In this document: piece after piece, positions 1 to 747 of the stretch
Position numbering within the stretch: the stretch's first letter is position 1
Layout of the letters: every line of letters begins with the position of its first letter
Origin: Escherichia coli
GTDB taxonomy: Bacteria > Pseudomonadota > Gammaproteobacteria > Enterobacterales > Enterobacteriaceae
Strand: one strand, 5' to 3'
Assembly: GCF_003334385.1 (NCBI RefSeq)
Contig: NZ_QOWN01000147.1
Length of the DNA: 747 bases
Notes under the pieces: generated by a model
What the model was told of the DNA's origin: nothing
The model's input: only the letters and a program-made list of their open reading frames with translations
Database searches by the model: none
Made by a program: the position numbers and the translations under genes

Positions 1-19
1 GTGCCAATCCGGTGTGTGG
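1..19 (+). repeat. 19-bp shufflon-type repeat (putative Rci/sfx recombination site, left boundary of invertible segment)
   Basis: Seen directly: bases 1-19 GTGCCAATCCGGTGTGTGG are the exact reverse complement of 729-747 (19/19); identity stops at base 20 vs 728. From memory the R64 shufflon repeat consensus is GTGCCAATCCGGTNNNTGG (7-bp spacer GTGCCAA plus 12-bp right arm), which this fits. If so, the non-conserved left arm of the full site lies upstream of base 1, outside the window. Confidence 0.75.
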
Positions 20-352
20 CGAACGATTGGTGCACCTGACGGAAGTTACAGCAATCTGGGTTCTCACCGGGGAACATTTAACGGGAGAAATAACGGCAGA
101 GGAACTTTGTTTGTGTACGCTTCCGGTGGAAATGGTGCCGGTGGCGGTGATTGCGCCAACACATCAAATCTTCAGGGCTATGTGAACGGCGCTTTCATTG
201 GTATGAATGCCAGCAATAACCCCTCCTACGGAAAGACAGCATTTATTTCATTTGCCGTGCCAGTGGGAGCGTCATATCAAATCATCTCCAGACCAACACA
301 AAATTACGCCTGTGGTAACGGTGTTTTCTCTGTGTATGCCTATCAGATGTGA
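1..352 (+). CDS. pilV: 5'-partial CDS: alternative C-terminal variable cassette of a PilV-like minor pilin/adhesin (Gly/Asn/Ser/Tyr-rich), stop TGA at 350-352
   Basis: Frame is open from the window edge (codon phase starts at base 2: TGC CAA TCC GGT GTG TGG = CQSGVW) to the TGA at 350-352. The GTG at 14 listed in the ORF track lies inside the repeat with no Shine-Dalgarno upstream, so the true start is presumably upstream of the window. About 20 Gly in 112 residues and 2 Cys (GDCANT, NYACGNG). The gene symbol is inferred from the shufflon context, not from recognised protein sequence. Confidence 0.65.
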   Translation, partial: CQSGVWRTIGAPDGSYSNLGSHRGTFNGRNNGRGTLFVYASGGNGAGGGDCANTSNLQGYVNGAFIGMNASNNPSYGKTAFISFAVPVGASYQIISRPTQNYACGNGVFSVYAYQM

Positions 353-356
353 GTCC

Positions 357-747
357 CTAGCTGGCTTTAACAATGTAGTTGAATGCAATATTTTTGGGAC
401 GCATTTCTGTGGTACTCCCCTGTGCCCAGTATGGCATACCACTATGATGCCCTTTCAGCCATCCGCCACGTTCGTGATAGACGCCTGATTGATCGGCCTG
501 ATAACTCAGGAGTTGTCTGTTCCGATCACCATCAAGTCCCTTCCCGTTATCCCAGCCACGGATAAAAACACCGCGCAGATCGGGCAATTTACAGCTAGGA
601 TAAGCACGGGCAAGCTGAGGATACCGGGAACAGGAAAACGACTGGCCGTTCATCAACAGATAGCCTTGTGGAGGAGTGGCAGATGGCCACGGGATAGGGC
701 TTCCCACCGGGTAGGATTCAAAGCCAACCCACACACCGGATTGGCAC
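357..747 (-). CDS. pilV: 5'-partial CDS: alternative C-terminal variable cassette of a PilV-like adhesin with a phage tail-collar-like motif, stop TAG at 357-359 (read on - strand)
   Basis: On the - strand the frame is open from the window edge (phase starts at base 746: TGC CAA TCC GGT GTG TGG = CQSGVW) to the TAG at 359-357. Contains ...LMNGQSFSCSRYPQLARAYPSCKLPDLRGVFIRGWDNGKGLDGDRNRQLLSYQADQ..., which resembles the conserved core of phage tail-fibre collar domains (NGQ...YP.L...LPDLRG.F.RGWD) as I recall them. No RBS or start of its own. Gene symbol inferred from context. Confidence 0.65.
   Translation of the reverse strand, partial: CQSGVWVGFESYPVGSPIPWPSATPPQGYLLMNGQSFSCSRYPQLARAYPSCKLPDLRGVFIRGWDNGKGLDGDRNRQLLSYQADQSGVYHERGGWLKGHHSGMPYWAQGSTTEMRPKNIAFNYIVKAS
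729..747 (-). repeat. 19-bp shufflon-type repeat, inverted copy (putative Rci/sfx recombination site, right boundary)
   Basis: Seen directly: 729-747 CCACACACCGGATTGGCAC is the perfect reverse complement of 1-19. On the - strand it encodes the same C-Q-S-G-V-W peptide in the same phase as the left copy. Confidence 0.75.

Larger units (their letters stand above)
1..747. other. Invertible DNA segment (single shufflon module) carrying two alternative C-terminal cassettes
   Basis: Perfect terminal 19-bp inverted repeats; two convergent ORFs that both read in from the repeats in identical phase; stops 4 nt apart; no internal start signals. This architecture matches R64-type shufflon segments (established knowledge, recalled). 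The window ends coincide exactly with the repeats. Confidence 0.7.

Noticed and set aside
14-16. GTG at 14-16 (and mirror at 732-734) as genuine start codons of independent genes
   Set aside because: They sit inside the recombination repeat, lack Shine-Dalgarno sequences, and the frame stays open upstream to the window edge on both strands; better explained as internal Val codons of a longer fusion protein.
134-146. Internal partial resemblance to the terminal repeat (GTGCCGGTGGCGG; also GTGCCAGTGGG at 257-267)
   Set aside because: Only short, gapped matches to GTGCCAATCCGGTGTGTGG; likely chance or a consequence of Gly/Ala codons (GGT/GCC). Not credible as additional recombination sites without the full spacer plus right arm.
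207-488. 93-aa ORF on + strand from the six-frame track
   Set aside because: Lies in an alternative frame overlapping the 3' end of the + cassette, crosses the convergence point and runs antisense through the - cassette. No RBS, no recognisable motif; most likely a chance open frame.
383-565. 60-aa ORF on + strand from the six-frame track
   Set aside because: Entirely antisense to the well-supported - strand cassette (including its tail-collar-like motif region). Short, with no start context or motif; treated as spurious.
1-747. Gin/Hin/Cin/Pin-type serine-invertase segment (phage tail-fibre G/C/P segment or flagellar H segment)
   Set aside because: The tail-fibre-like motif made this tempting, but the terminal repeats are 19 bp and do not resemble the 26-bp gix/hix/cix crossover sites as I recall them. 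They instead fit the Rci (tyrosine recombinase) shufflon repeat, and no promoter or invertase gene is inside the segment.
1-747. Insertion sequence or MITE suggested by the terminal inverted repeats
   Set aside because: No transposase is present; the interior is fully occupied by two convergent in-frame cassettes, and the inverted repeats themselves are translated in frame. No target-site duplication can be assessed because the window ends at the repeats.

Overview
The window appears to be one complete shufflon-type invertible DNA segment. It is bounded exactly by a perfect 19-bp inverted repeat (1-19 GTGCCAATCCGGTGTGTGG; 729-747 is its reverse complement). From memory, this matches the 19-bp repeats recognised by the tyrosine recombinase Rci in the pilV shufflons of IncI1/IncI2 plasmids (R64 type) and the Salmonella Typhi pil locus; I could not verify this by search. 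Two convergent open frames fill the interior, one per strand: + frame open from base 2 to the TGA at 350-352, - frame open from base 746 to the TAG at 357-359. Both enter through the repeat in the same codon phase, so each repeat encodes the same peptide (C-Q-S-G-V-W) before the two proteins diverge completely. Neither frame has its own ribosome-binding site or a credible start codon. The most economical reading is two alternative, promoterless C-terminal cassettes for one upstream gene (probably a PilV-like thin-pilus tip adhesin), swapped by inversion. The minus-strand cassette carries a motif resembling the phage tail-fibre 'tail collar' receptor-binding domain; the plus-strand cassette is unrelated and Gly/Asn/Ser/Tyr-rich. 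The recombinase, the constant 5' part of the gene and any promoter lie outside the window. Family and function are assigned from recalled knowledge and pattern recognition, not from a database search.
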